Shown here piece by piece: positions 53,275 through 63,088 of a stretch of DNA of 64,000 bases. Positions within the stretch are counted from its first letter, which is position 1, and each line of letters begins with the position of its first letter. The notes beneath the pieces are model-generated. The model made no database searches. It was not told where the DNA came from and saw only the letters and a program-made list of their open reading frames with translations. This DNA comes from Alphaproteobacteria bacterium (GTDB taxonomy: Bacteria; Pseudomonadota; Alphaproteobacteria; UBA8366; GCA-2717185), in assembly GCA_040905865.1 (NCBI GenBank), contig JBBDQU010000083.1, positions 1,539-65,538 of the forward strand, written 5' to 3'. A program made the position numbers and the translations under genes.

Positions 53275-54177
53275 ATGACACTTGCACATCACAGCCATGC
53301 CCGCTGGGGCGCGTCTGACCGGATCGGCGCCGCCAATCTCATGACCCCGGAAAGCCGCCTCGCCGCGCTTTCTCTGGTGACCACCGGACAGGTCTATTCA
53401 CTCGGCCGGCAGATCAGCGCCGCGTCGCCGTTCCTGGCGCCGAACCAGACGCCATTCGTGTTGAGCACCGCAGCGACCTGGCGCAATACGATCAGGATGC
53501 GCCGCAAACTCGGCGCGCAAAACGACGCGGGTTCAAATCTGGAACGCATTGAAATGAATATGCATGTCGGCACGCATATTGACGCGCTGGGGCATTTTTC
53601 CATCGGCGATGAACTTTATGGCGGCCGGGATGCCTTCGAATCCGTAAGCGACCACGGGCTGGTGGATCTCGGGATCGAGAATTGCCCGCCGATCGTCGCG
53701 CCGGGCGTGTGCCTGGACCTGTCCGGATTGGACGGAGGGCCGCACCTGGGAGCGGGGCGTGCGATCACTGCCGATGATCTGGCCCGTACGGCGGATGCCG
53801 CGGGAGTCGATATCCGCGCCGGCGACGTGGTGTGCCTGCACAGCGGCTGGGGCCGGTATTACGTTACCGACAATGCCCGGTACTGCTCCGGCGAACCGGG
53901 TATAGAGGAAAGCGCCGCCCGCTGGCTGACACAGCGGGACGTGATCGCGATTGCCGCGGACAGCATGGCTGTGGAGGTGCTGCCGAACCCGCGCCATCCG
54001 AAGGTGATCATGCCGGTCCACCAGCATTGTCTTGCGGAATCCGGCGTGTATCTGATTGAAAACCTTTTCATGGACGAACTGGTTCGCGATGGGATCACGC
54101 GGTTCTGCTTCTTTCTGCTGCCAGTGCCGTTCAAGGGGGCGACGGGCAGTCCGGCGCAGCCTATCGCCATGATCTGA
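53275..54177 (+). CDS. putative cyclase-family hydrolase (kynurenine-formamidase-like, PF04199 type)
   Basis: Start at MTLAHHSHARWGASDRIGAANL... (GGGGAG RBS). It contains ...MNMHVGTHIDALGHF... and ...GDVVCLHSGWGRYY... Confidence 0.85.
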   Translation: MTLAHHSHARWGASDRIGAANLMTPESRLAALSLVTTGQVYSLGRQISAASPFLAPNQTPFVLSTAATWRNTIRMRRKLGAQNDAGSNLERIEMNMHVGTHIDALGHFSIGDELYGGRDAFESVSDHGLVDLGIENCPPIVAPGVCLDLSGLDGGPHLGAGRAITADDLARTADAAGVDIRAGDVVCLHSGWGRYYVTDNARYCSGEPGIEESAARWLTQRDVIAIAADSMAVEVLPNPRHPKVIMPVHQHCLAESGVYLIENLFMDELVRDGITRFCFFLLPVPFKGATGSPAQPIAMI

Positions 54178-54317
54178 TCTTCCGTCACTTGCCAGATTAC
54201 AGGTGTCGGTAACGATTGCTCGAAAGCATGTGTCTGGTGACGTGGTGATGGTTTCAATATACTTTAACCGCCCTTTCTGGCGCATTAATATGGATGGGTA
54301 CGTGAAAATTGGCGCAC

Positions 54318-55583
54318 ATGCATAAGATTTTGTCCCATGGGCTGGTTTTCGGACTGGTCGCGGTTTTTGCGGCCGGTTGCGGTCTGGCGCGCCAGCCTTC
54401 GCCCGGCGCGGAAGCAACGGCAGCGGCGGAACAGCTTGCCGGGCGATCCGGATCGGTGGTGCTGCCCGCCGGGTCCGAGTTTGCATTGTTTGCCAGGGTT
54501 TTCGATCAGGTCCGGTCATTCTATGTGGATCCCGTGGACGATGCGGCTTTATTGAAGGCTGCCGCGGCCGGCATGCGGACAAGCTTCCCCGAACCCGGCA
54601 ATGTGTCCGACGCAGAACTGGTCGATGCGGCGATCAGCGGAATGCTGTCGTCGCTGGATCCTTACAGCGCCTATCTGGGCGAAAATGCATATTTCGCGCT
54701 TCAGGAGCAGACCCGCGGCCAGTTTGGCGGGATCGGCCTGCAGGTCGGCCTGGAAAACGAGATGCTGAAAGTGATTTCGCCGATCGACGGCACCCCGGCG
54801 GCCGCAGCGGGCATGCAGCCCGGCGACCTTATTACCCATGCGGACGGTTTCGTGCTGCGGGGATTGACCCTCAACGACGCAGTGATGCGGCTTCGCGGTC
54901 AGGTTGGTTCGCAGGTCAGGCTGACGGTACAGCGCAACGGATCGACTCCGTTCGAGGTGGCAATCAAACGGGCTGTCATCCAGATCCACCCGGTACGCTG
55001 GTCGCTGGAGGACAATATCGGTTATATCCGGATATCCACCTTCAATGCGCGGGCCTCCGGCGAATTCGTGGCGGCGGTACGGGATATCCTCACCCAGGCC
55101 GGGCCAGCGCTGACCGGGTTTGTCATCGATCTTCGCAATAACCCCGGCGGGCTGTTCGAGCAGGCTGTCTTCATTTCGGATGTCCTGCTGGAGCAGGGGC
55201 AGATTGTTTCCACCAGAGGGCGCGCCTTCCAGCAGAGTCACGCGGCTCTGCCGGGCGATATTTCAGGCGGGCTGCCGATAACCGTCCTGATAAATGGCGG
55301 TTCGGCGTCCGCGGCGGAAATCCTTGCCGGCGCCCTCAGGGACAACCACCGGGCGCTCCTCATTGGCGAAAAAACCTACGGCAAGGGCTCGGTACAGACG
55401 ATTATTCCCTTCGCCGACCATGACGGTCTGCGTCTGACGACGGCCCGCTATTACACCCCGTCCGGCAGGACCGTTGAGGGCGGCATAGACCCGGATATAA
55501 TAGTCGCCAATGACAATAGCAGTGAGGTCGATACGCAACGCGAACGCGCCGCGGCCGAACTGAAACGGGTGGCCGGCCGTTAG
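54318..55583 (+). CDS. S41-family C-terminal processing peptidase
   Basis: Lipoprotein-type signal LVAVFAAGC. PDZ domain GGIGLQVGLENEMLKVISPIDGTPAAAAGMQPGDLI. Catalytic region LINGGSASAAEILAGAL...GEKTYGKGSVQT. Confidence 0.92.
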   Translation: MHKILSHGLVFGLVAVFAAGCGLARQPSPGAEATAAAEQLAGRSGSVVLPAGSEFALFARVFDQVRSFYVDPVDDAALLKAAAAGMRTSFPEPGNVSDAELVDAAISGMLSSLDPYSAYLGENAYFALQEQTRGQFGGIGLQVGLENEMLKVISPIDGTPAAAAGMQPGDLITHADGFVLRGLTLNDAVMRLRGQVGSQVRLTVQRNGSTPFEVAIKRAVIQIHPVRWSLEDNIGYIRISTFNARASGEFVAAVRDILTQAGPALTGFVIDLRNNPGGLFEQAVFISDVLLEQGQIVSTRGRAFQQSHAALPGDISGGLPITVLINGGSASAAEILAGALRDNHRALLIGEKTYGKGSVQTIIPFADHDGLRLTTARYYTPSGRTVEGGIDPDIIVANDNSSEVDTQRERAAAELKRVAGR

Positions 55584-55606
55584 ACCGGATTCACGTTCCG
55601 GCGGTT

Positions 55607-56572
55607 CTATTCGGCGGCGGAGCGGACGGCGGCCTGCGCGCGCAATTCGCTGCCCAGAAAGCGGGCCAGCGCGCCCATGCCCGATTGCGGCGTTCCCGCG
55701 ATGCCCGCGGCAATTTCCGCATCCGAATTGTAATTGGTGTTGGTATTGACATCGTAGGTCCAGGCAACCCCCTCGGCATCCAGGATCATTTCGATTCCGG
55801 CAACTTCGATTCCATTGGCGGCCATAAACGCGGTGAATTTCTTGTGGTTCGGATGGGTGAAGTCCTTCAGCACCTGGAATTTCGCCGCCGGCGACTCGCC
55901 GACCGGGCAGGCAAGGTCATCGATCGCACAGACATCGGCGGGGCAGAGTTCGAATCCCTGCGAGGTATCCACACGGACCGCATAGACCAGTTGTCGATTG
56001 ACGAACTCATTGCGGATGATGGAAGAATCGGCGGACTGGATATACTCCTGGATCAGGACTGTGCCGTCGCGTCCGATATCGTACGCGTCGCTGTCCAGGT
56101 AGGCATCCAGGGCTTCCAGCGACTGAAACAGCTGGACGCCCGCCCCTTTGCCGCCGCGATTCGGCTTCAATATCAGGGGCGCCCCAAATTCGTGCGCGGC
56201 TTTGCGGACGGCACCCTGGCCGACGGCGACGACGGTGCGGGGTACGCGTACGCCGCATGCGGCCAGGGCGGCGTATTGCTTTACCTTGCTCAGTTCCAGT
56301 TCCAGGGCGCGCCCGTCATTGATGACGCGGCGGCCGTGCAGTCGGAGCCAGGCCAGGACGCTGGCCGTGTATTCGGGTGAAAATTCATGCCCGCGCGTAT
56401 GCGACGAGGCGCTCATGCGGTTGTAGAAAACGCCTTCCGGCGGCGGGGCCGACAGGTCGAAAGACCCGCCTTCCAGATACCAGTCCACAAACGGAACGCC
56501 AGCGTCGTTCAGCGCTGTCGCCAGTGGCGGCAGCCATTCCGGATTTTCATGAATGACATGGACCTTACTCAT
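55607..56572 (-). CDS. ATP-grasp domain protein (RimK/glutathione-synthetase-like ligase)
   Basis: 321 aa: ...LSKVKQYAALAACGVRVPRTV...LILKPNRGGKGAGVQLF...VLIQEYI...GIEVAGIEMILD... Confidence 0.8.
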   Translation of the reverse strand: MSKVHVIHENPEWLPPLATALNDAGVPFVDWYLEGGSFDLSAPPPEGVFYNRMSASSHTRGHEFSPEYTASVLAWLRLHGRRVINDGRALELELSKVKQYAALAACGVRVPRTVVAVGQGAVRKAAHEFGAPLILKPNRGGKGAGVQLFQSLEALDAYLDSDAYDIGRDGTVLIQEYIQSADSSIIRNEFVNRQLVYAVRVDTSQGFELCPADVCAIDDLACPVGESPAAKFQVLKDFTHPNHKKFTAFMAANGIEVAGIEMILDAEGVAWTYDVNTNTNYNSDAEIAAGIAGTPQSGMGALARFLGSELRAQAAVRSAAE

Positions 56573-56758
56573 GGCCGAATCCTTTGTGTGCTATATATAA
56601 AATCACTGTTTTTCAGTGTGTAATACATGAAAAATAGCGGCGATCCAGGATTTGTAAAGGCCGTTGTCATATGGTGAGCAGAGACCGGTTTCCATATGCG
56701 GCCGCCGGGTGTAGGTTTTCGCCCACCATTGTCATTCGATTCGAGGCAAGGACGCATC

Positions 56759-58132
56759 ATGGCGCAGCATCCCAATTCTCCAGAGAGCCGCGATATTGCG
56801 ACGCTTCTCCATCCCTATACCAATCTGGCAAAACACGAGGAAACCGGTCCCACGATAATGCGTCGGGGCAAGGGGATCTGGGTCTACGACGATGGCGGAA
56901 AAGGCTATATTGAGGGCATGGCGGGCTTGTGGTGCACGTCGCTCGGCTTCAGCGAGGACCGGCTCGTCGCCGCCGCCACGAAGCAGATGCAGGAACTGCC
57001 CTTCTATCACCTGTTCGCCTCGAAATCGCATCATCCGGCCATTGAGCTGGCGGAGCGCTTGCTGGCGATCTCGCCGGTCCCGATGTCGAAGGTATTTTTC
57101 GCCAATTCCGGTTCCGAAGCGAATGACACGGTGGTCAAGCTGGTCTGGTATTTCAACAATGCGCTGGGCCGGCCGGAGAAAAAGAAGATCATCAGCCGGC
57201 TGCGCGGCTATCACGGCGTAACAGTCGCATCGGCGAGCCTGACCGGCCTGCCGGCCAACCACACCGATTTCGACCTGCCGATCCACAATATTCTCCACAC
57301 GTTGTGCCCGCATTACTACCGCTACGGCGAGAAAGGCGAGTCGGAGGAGGCTTTCGCGACACGGATGGCGGACAGCCTGGAAGAGCAGATTCTCGAAGAA
57401 GGGCCGGAAACGGTCGCGGCGTTCATAGCGGAGCCGGTCATGGGCGCCGGCGGCGTGATCGTCCCGCCGAAGACGTATTTCGAGAAAATTCAGGCAGTGT
57501 TGCGCAAATACGACATTCTGTTCATCGCGGATGAGGTCATCTGCGGGTTTGGTCGCACCGGCAATATGTTCGGTACGGAAACCTATCGCCTGAAACCGGA
57601 CATGATCACGATGGCGAAGGCGCTGTCCTCTGCCTATATGCCGATTTCGGCGATCATGATGACCGACAGGCTTTTCGATGTCGTCAGCGCAAACAGCGAC
57701 AAGGTCGGGACCTTTGCGCATGGTTTCACCTATTCCGCGCATCCGGTTCCGGCAGCCGTCGCGTTGGAAACCCTGAAAATTTATGAGGAACGGGACATTG
57801 TCGGTCATGTCCGCAATGTCATGGGCCGATTCCAGCAGCGCCTGCAGCAATGCGCCGCGCATCCGCTGGTGGGCGAAGTCAGGGGCGTCGGATTGATCGG
57901 CGCGCTGGAACTGGTGCAGGACAAGGCGACGAAGAAACCGTATGAACCCGCGTTCGGCGCGTTTGTCGGCGAGGCGGCACAACAGAACGGCCTGATTTCG
58001 CGCCCCCTGGGCAATGCAATCGCCCTGTGCCCGCCGCTCATCATTTCAGAGTCGGAAATCGACGAAATGTTCGACCGGCTGGAGAAGGCGCTGGAAGCCG
58101 GTGTCAGAAAAGCCGCCGCAAACGCCGGATAA
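56759..58132 (+). CDS. class III (omega) aminotransferase
   Basis: Start at MAQHPNSPESRDIATLLHPYTN... It contains ...FANSGSEANDT..., ...IADEVICGFGRTGNMFG... and ...TMAKALSSAYMPI... (PLP lysine region). Confidence 0.92.
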   Translation: MAQHPNSPESRDIATLLHPYTNLAKHEETGPTIMRRGKGIWVYDDGGKGYIEGMAGLWCTSLGFSEDRLVAAATKQMQELPFYHLFASKSHHPAIELAERLLAISPVPMSKVFFANSGSEANDTVVKLVWYFNNALGRPEKKKIISRLRGYHGVTVASASLTGLPANHTDFDLPIHNILHTLCPHYYRYGEKGESEEAFATRMADSLEEQILEEGPETVAAFIAEPVMGAGGVIVPPKTYFEKIQAVLRKYDILFIADEVICGFGRTGNMFGTETYRLKPDMITMAKALSSAYMPISAIMMTDRLFDVVSANSDKVGTFAHGFTYSAHPVPAAVALETLKIYEERDIVGHVRNVMGRFQQRLQQCAAHPLVGEVRGVGLIGALELVQDKATKKPYEPAFGAFVGEAAQQNGLISRPLGNAIALCPPLIISESEIDEMFDRLEKALEAGVRKAAANAG

Positions 58133-58248
58133 TGGCGGGTGCGGCGTTATATAGCAGTGGTATCGGAGGCCGTTTAATCTAATATTGAACCTTGCCTGAG
58201 TATCGGTGGAGCGGTGACGAGGCTCTCGTAATCCCAGAAGGGTGCGCT

Positions 58249-59460
58249 ATGGATTACCAACAATTCTTTTCCGACAATCTGGCGAATATGAAGAAGGCCG
58301 GTAACTATCGGGTCTTCGCCGACCTGGAACGGGAAGCCGGCGCCTATCCGAAAGCCACCTACCGCGAGGGCGGACAGGAATCTCCGGTAACCGTGTGGTG
58401 CTCCAATGACTATCTGGGGCAGGGCCAGAACCCGGAAGTGATTGCGGCGATGCATGAAGCGCTGGACGCCTGCGGCGCCGGGGCCGGGGGCACGCGCAAT
58501 ATTTCCGGTACGAATCATTACCATGTGCTTCTCGAACGGGAACTGGCGGCGCTGCACCAGCGCGACGCGGCGCTGCTCTTCACCTCGGGCTACGTTGCGA
58601 ATATGACCGCGCTGTCGACCCTTGGCATGCGGTTGCCGGGCTGCCTGATCTATTCGGATGCGTGGAACCATAATTCGATGATCGAAGGTATCCGGCACAG
58701 CCGGGCCGAAAAACGTGTGTTCAAGCATAACGACCCGGCGGATCTGGAGCGCCTGATCAGCGCCGACGATCCGGATGCGCCCAAGATCGTCGTGTTCGAA
58801 TCCGTCTATTCCATGGACGGGGACATCGCGCCGATCGGCGAAATCCTGGATATCTGCGAACGCTACAACGCGCTGAGTTACCTGGATGAGGTGCACGCCG
58901 TCGGCATGTACGGCCCGACCGGCGCCGGCGTTGCGGAGCGCGATGGCGTCATGGACCGGGTGTCGGTGATGCAGGGCACGCTGGCCAAGGGGTTCGGCGT
59001 TGTCGGCGGGTATATTGCCGCGTCGGCTGATCTGATCGATTATGTACGTAGCTTCGGTAATGGGTTCATCTTCACCACGTCGATGCCGCCGGCGGTTGCG
59101 GCCGGCGCGCTGGCCAGCATCCGGTATGTAAAGGGCGCGCAACACCTGCGGGATCAGCATCAGGAGCGGGCGCGCACGCTGATGGCCAAGCTGGAGGCCG
59201 CTGGCCTGCCCGTGATGCCGTCGGTAAGCCATATCGTGCCTGTGCTGGTGGGCGATGCGGCCATGTGCAAGCAGGCGAGCGACCTGCTGATGGACCGGCA
59301 CAATATCTACGTGCAGCCGATCAATTATCCGACGGTGCCGCTGGGCACCGAACGGCTGCGCATTACCCCGTCGCCGCTGCATACCGATGAAATGATGGAC
59401 GCCCTGGTATTCGCGTTGACCGATGTCTGGTCGGGCCTGTCCCTGAAATGGGCGGCGTAG
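58249..59460 (+). CDS. hemA: 5-aminolevulinate synthase
   Basis: Start at [28 protein letters not shown]... It contains ...[14 protein letters not shown]..., ...[12 protein letters not shown]..., ...[14 protein letters not shown]... and ...GTLAKGFG... The ALAS resemblance runs end to end. Confidence 0.95.
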   Translation: MDYQQFFSDNLANMKKAGNYRVFADLEREAGAYPKATYREGGQESPVTVWCSNDYLGQGQNPEVIAAMHEALDACGAGAGGTRNISGTNHYHVLLERELAALHQRDAALLFTSGYVANMTALSTLGMRLPGCLIYSDAWNHNSMIEGIRHSRAEKRVFKHNDPADLERLISADDPDAPKIVVFESVYSMDGDIAPIGEILDICERYNALSYLDEVHAVGMYGPTGAGVAERDGVMDRVSVMQGTLAKGFGVVGGYIAASADLIDYVRSFGNGFIFTTSMPPAVAAGALASIRYVKGAQHLRDQHQERARTLMAKLEAAGLPVMPSVSHIVPVLVGDAAMCKQASDLLMDRHNIYVQPINYPTVPLGTERLRITPSPLHTDEMMDALVFALTDVWSGLSLKWAA

Positions 59461-59544
59461 CGTCGGATAACCCGCAATAGGGTGATGTTCTTTCCGGCGT
59501 GGCGTATTATATTATGCGGTATCGCAACAGGGGACGTCACGAGT

Positions 59545-60096
59545 ATGTACCGCGACAATACCTTAATACCAACAGAAGCCATCCGGCTGGCCGCGCTTGG
59601 CAGCCTTGCCGAAGGCGACAAGCGCTATGCCGACCTGGCCGGCGAAATCCGCTATTTTGTCGCCCGCGTGGCGGGTCCGTCGCTGGATCTGCTGGGCGCC
59701 TCGCTGGAACTGTTGTGTTACGAGGATCTTGCCGTGGCGACCAGCGGCGAGGCCATGGAAGCTGATGCCGTGCTGCGTATCACGGACGCCGGCCGGGCTG
59801 CGTTTCATACCCTGATGACGTCAAATGTCCGGGCGCCGGTCAACGATGTCAGCAAACTGGTCATTGCCCTCAAGATGCGGTTCATGCATCTGCTACCGGA
59901 CGATGACCGGGCCGATCAGACCGAGATGCTGACGGAAATGTGCGAAACGGAACTCGCGCGCCTCGTGCAGCTTCGTGGCGAATACAGCCAGGGCCGGCTG
60001 GCGGAATGGCTGGATTTCGAAATCGCTCAGCTTAACGAACGGCTGGCCTGGTATCAGGCGCTGGATACCGACGGAACCGGCGCTGCGCCTCAGTAG
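59545..60096 (+). CDS. hypothetical protein, possibly PadR-like winged-helix N-terminus
   Basis: Start at MYRDNTLIPTEAIRLAALGSLAEGDKRYADLAGEIRYFV... The C-terminal part is helical. Coding is supported by composition, but the family call is weak. Confidence 0.5.
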   Translation: MYRDNTLIPTEAIRLAALGSLAEGDKRYADLAGEIRYFVARVAGPSLDLLGASLELLCYEDLAVATSGEAMEADAVLRITDAGRAAFHTLMTSNVRAPVNDVSKLVIALKMRFMHLLPDDDRADQTEMLTEMCETELARLVQLRGEYSQGRLAEWLDFEIAQLNERLAWYQALDTDGTGAAPQ

Positions 60097-60845
60097 ACGT
60101 GCTGCCCGCCGGTGACGAAAATTTCCGTCCCCGTGACATAGCTGAAATCGCTGGAACAGAGCTGGAAGACGCAGGCCGCCACCTCATCCGGCGTTCCCAT
60201 GCGATGCATCGGAATCCGGTTGATCAGCGGCTCGTATTCCTCACCGATCATTTCGGTCTCGATTTCGCCGGGGGCAACCGCATTGACCCGGACGCCAAGC
60301 TGCGCGAATTCCACGGCCATTTCCCGGGTCAGGGCGGACAGCGCGGCTTTCGACGTCGAATAAGCGGAGCCGGCGAAGGGATGGAGCGCATGCCCGGCGA
60401 TGGAGGTGATATTGACGATGGCGCCGCCGCCCTGTTTTCCGCCCCGTTGCAACGCACTGGCGAAACCGCGGGCCAGGATGAGCGGCGCAAACAGGTTCAA
60501 CTCGAAGACCTCCCGCCAGCGGTCGATATCGCCGTTCAGACAGCCGAGCCGTTCCTGGTACGGCGTCTTGGGCGATATGGCCGCGTTGTTCACCAGGGCA
60601 TGCACCGGGCCGGTTCCGATCAACTCTCTGGCCTGCCGGACGAAGGCGTCGACCGATTCGGGCCTGGCCAGATCGGTGGGAATGTGCTGCGTCCAGTTCG
60701 GGTCGCGCTTGCAATGGTCGGGAATATCGTCGCGGCTGCAGCTGATGACCTGCCAGCCTTCGTCGGAAAAACGCTGTACCGTCGCATGCCCGATACCGCG
60801 GCTGGCGCCGGTCAGGATGACGGTTTTTTTCGTCTGGTCGTTCAT
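60090..60845 (-). CDS. short-chain dehydrogenase/reductase (SDR)
   Basis: 251 aa. TGASRGIG (TGxxxGxG), NNAA, and the catalytic YSTSKAAL (YxxxK). Confidence 0.92.
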   Translation of the reverse strand: MNDQTKKTVILTGASRGIGHATVQRFSDEGWQVISCSRDDIPDHCKRDPNWTQHIPTDLARPESVDAFVRQARELIGTGPVHALVNNAAISPKTPYQERLGCLNGDIDRWREVFELNLFAPLILARGFASALQRGGKQGGGAIVNITSIAGHALHPFAGSAYSTSKAALSALTREMAVEFAQLGVRVNAVAPGEIETEMIGEEYEPLINRIPMHRMGTPDEVAACVFQLCSSDFSYVTGTEIFVTGGQHVY

Positions 60846-60890
60846 GGTGCGACTCTATCGAATTCGGGTCCGGGGGTCATGCGAACTTAT

Positions 60891-61829
60891 TCACCGGAAC
60901 GGCGGATGTTCTTCCTCCAGACCTTCGGGGTCCTGGTGGATCATGACTTCCGCGCCGGCGAAGGCCTTCTGGATCTCGGCCTCGACCTGGTCGGCAATGG
61001 CATGCGCTTTCCGCAGGGGCATGTTGCCGTCCATTTCGAGGTGCAACTGAATGAAGACGTCGGAACCGGAGCGGCGGGTACGCAGGTCATGCAGGCTCGC
61101 GACCGACTCATGTTTCTTGGCGATGGCGCGGATCCGCGCGCGATCCTCTTCGGGCAATTCCCGGTCCATCAGCATATCCAGCGCATCGCCGACGATACGC
61201 CACGCGCCATATAGCAAAAAGGCGGCAATACCGGCGCCGGTCAGCGGGTCCAGGTAGGGAAAATCCAGAATCGGCGTCAGCACCAGCGCCGCGATGACCG
61301 CCAGATTGATCAGCAGGTCGCCGGTGTAATGCAGCGAATCGGCCGAAATCGCCACCGACTGTGAGCGGCGGACAACATATTTCTGGTACAGTACCAGAGC
61401 AAAGGTCAGCGCGATGGAAAGCAACATGACCGCTATGCCGACCTCTGTCGCAGCCAGCGGCACGGGGTTGAACAGTCGCGTCCCCGCCTGGAATATAACG
61501 ATGATGGCCGATCCGGCAACGAACGCGGCCTGCGCCATGGCCGCCAGCGCTTCCGCCTTGCCGTGGCCGAAACGATGCTCCCGGTCGGGCGGGGTAAGCG
61601 ACTGGCGCACCGCGACCAGCGTTACGACCGATGCGAGGCCATCCAGCATCGAGTCGACCAGCGTCGACAGCATCGCCACGGAATCGGTCAGCGACCAGGC
61701 AACAAGCTTGGCAAAAATAAGGATAGAGGCGACGAGGACCGAGGCGTATGTGGCGCGCCGCATATGCCGTTCGGCATCTGGCGCAGACTTTTCTGCGGTA
61801 ATCACGGAAACAGCCGTTTTGTCGCCCAT
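60891..61829 (-). CDS. cation diffusion facilitator family transporter (FieF-like)
   Basis: 312 aa: ...FAKLVAWSLTDSVAMLSTLVDSMLDGLASVV...HRFGHGKAEALAAMAQA... The start is uncertain: this ATG overlaps the pdxH 3' end by 28 nt, and the internal MRRATYAS (61763) is possible. Confidence 0.88.
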   Translation of the reverse strand: MGDKTAVSVITAEKSAPDAERHMRRATYASVLVASILIFAKLVAWSLTDSVAMLSTLVDSMLDGLASVVTLVAVRQSLTPPDREHRFGHGKAEALAAMAQAAFVAGSAIIVIFQAGTRLFNPVPLAATEVGIAVMLLSIALTFALVLYQKYVVRRSQSVAISADSLHYTGDLLINLAVIAALVLTPILDFPYLDPLTGAGIAAFLLYGAWRIVGDALDMLMDRELPEEDRARIRAIAKKHESVASLHDLRTRRSGSDVFIQLHLEMDGNMPLRKAHAIADQVEAEIQKAFAGAEVMIHQDPEGLEEEHPPFR

Positions 61830-62392
61830 CCGTTATCCATGCGCGTGTACACAATGCGTTCATGGAGGCGGAACTTGCCTTCCCGCCAGAATTCGAATGA
61901 GTCGGGGACCACGCGGAACCCGGACCAGTAGGGCGGCCGCGGAATGGCGCCGATGCCGAATTTGGCGGTGTAGCGGGCAATTTCCATTTCCAGGTCGCGG
62001 CGTCCTGTCATGGGCAGCGACTGTCGGCTCGCCCAGGCGCCGATGCGGCTGCTGCGGTGACGGCTGTTGAAATAAGCGTCGGCTTCGGCATCGCTGACCG
62101 CTTTGACGGCGCCTTCGATTCGCACCTGCCGCTGCAGCGATTTCCAGTGGAACAGCAGGGCGGCGAAGGGGTTCTCGCGTAGCTCGCGTCCCTTGCGGCT
62201 TTCCAGATTCGTATAGAAAACGAATCCGTGTTCGTCGAAATGCTTCAGCAGCACCATACGCGCCGAGGGACGCCCGTGCGGATCGGCTGTCGCCAGCGTT
62301 ACGGCTGTCGGCTCCAGTGTTTCGCGGTCCTGCGCTGCACCGTACCATTCGTCGAACAGCGCCAGCGGTTCGTCCATGTTTGAATTTGTCAT
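61802..62392 (-). CDS. pdxH: pyridoxamine 5'-phosphate oxidase
   Basis: 196 aa: ...RPSARMVLLKHFDEHGFVFYTNLESRKGREL..., ...SRIGAWASRQS..., ...FEFWREGKFRLHERIVY... Confidence 0.95.
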   Translation of the reverse strand: MTNSNMDEPLALFDEWYGAAQDRETLEPTAVTLATADPHGRPSARMVLLKHFDEHGFVFYTNLESRKGRELRENPFAALLFHWKSLQRQVRIEGAVKAVSDAEADAYFNSRHRSSRIGAWASRQSLPMTGRRDLEMEIARYTAKFGIGAIPRPPYWSGFRVVPDSFEFWREGKFRLHERIVYTRMDNGWATKRLFP

Positions 62393-62574
62393 CGGCAGTA
62401 AATATATAATGTTGTGCGGGTGAGATAACCGACTGCCCGGAAACTTAGTACGTGCCGGGCAGTTATGGACATGATATGGGGGCTTTCACGGATTCGGAAG
62501 CCTGATCACGTGTGAAACATGCGTTTGTGGCAGGGTAGCGCGAAATCGCCTAACGAATTGAAATGGACGAAAAC

Positions 62575-63042
62575 ATGAAAAAAATTGTTCCTTTGATTGT
62601 CTTAATCTTTGCCCTGACTGCCTGCGCGGAAGGTCAGGGAAACAAACAAACGGGCGGAACGCTGCTCGGTGCGGGTCTCGGCGCGCTTGCGGGGTCGCAG
62701 ATTGGCGGCGGCAGGGGGCAACTGGTCGCGGTTGCCGTCGGCGCCCTGGGCGGCGCCTTTCTGGGCAGCGAGATCGGCAAGTCGCTCGACAAGGCGGATC
62801 GCGCCGCCATCGCCACAACCACCCATCAGGCGCTTGAAACCGGACAGTCGGGCCAGCCTGTTACCTGGCGCAACCCGGATTCCGGTCATTACGGTGCAGT
62901 TACCCCGCAGCCGGCCATACAGACGGGCAGCGGCGAATATTGCCGTGAATACACGCAGACGATCCAGGTCGGCGGCCAGAGTGAGCAGGCGCATGGCAAG
63001 GCGTGCCGGCAGCCGGACGGTACCTGGAAGATCGTCAGCTGA
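62575..63042 (+). CDS. outer-membrane lipoprotein, 17-kDa surface antigen / glycine-zipper family
   Basis: Start at MKKIVPLIVLIFALTAC (lipobox). Glycine zipper GTLLGAGLGALAGSQIGGGRG...VGALGGAFLGSEIG. C-terminal ...YCREYTQTIQVGGQSEQAHGKACRQPDGTWKIV. Confidence 0.85.
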   Translation: MKKIVPLIVLIFALTACAEGQGNKQTGGTLLGAGLGALAGSQIGGGRGQLVAVAVGALGGAFLGSEIGKSLDKADRAAIATTTHQALETGQSGQPVTWRNPDSGHYGAVTPQPAIQTGSGEYCREYTQTIQVGGQSEQAHGKACRQPDGTWKIVS

Positions 63043-63088
63043 CGCATATCCCTGTATCGGATAAGGGTGGCATCCGGGCAACTGACAC

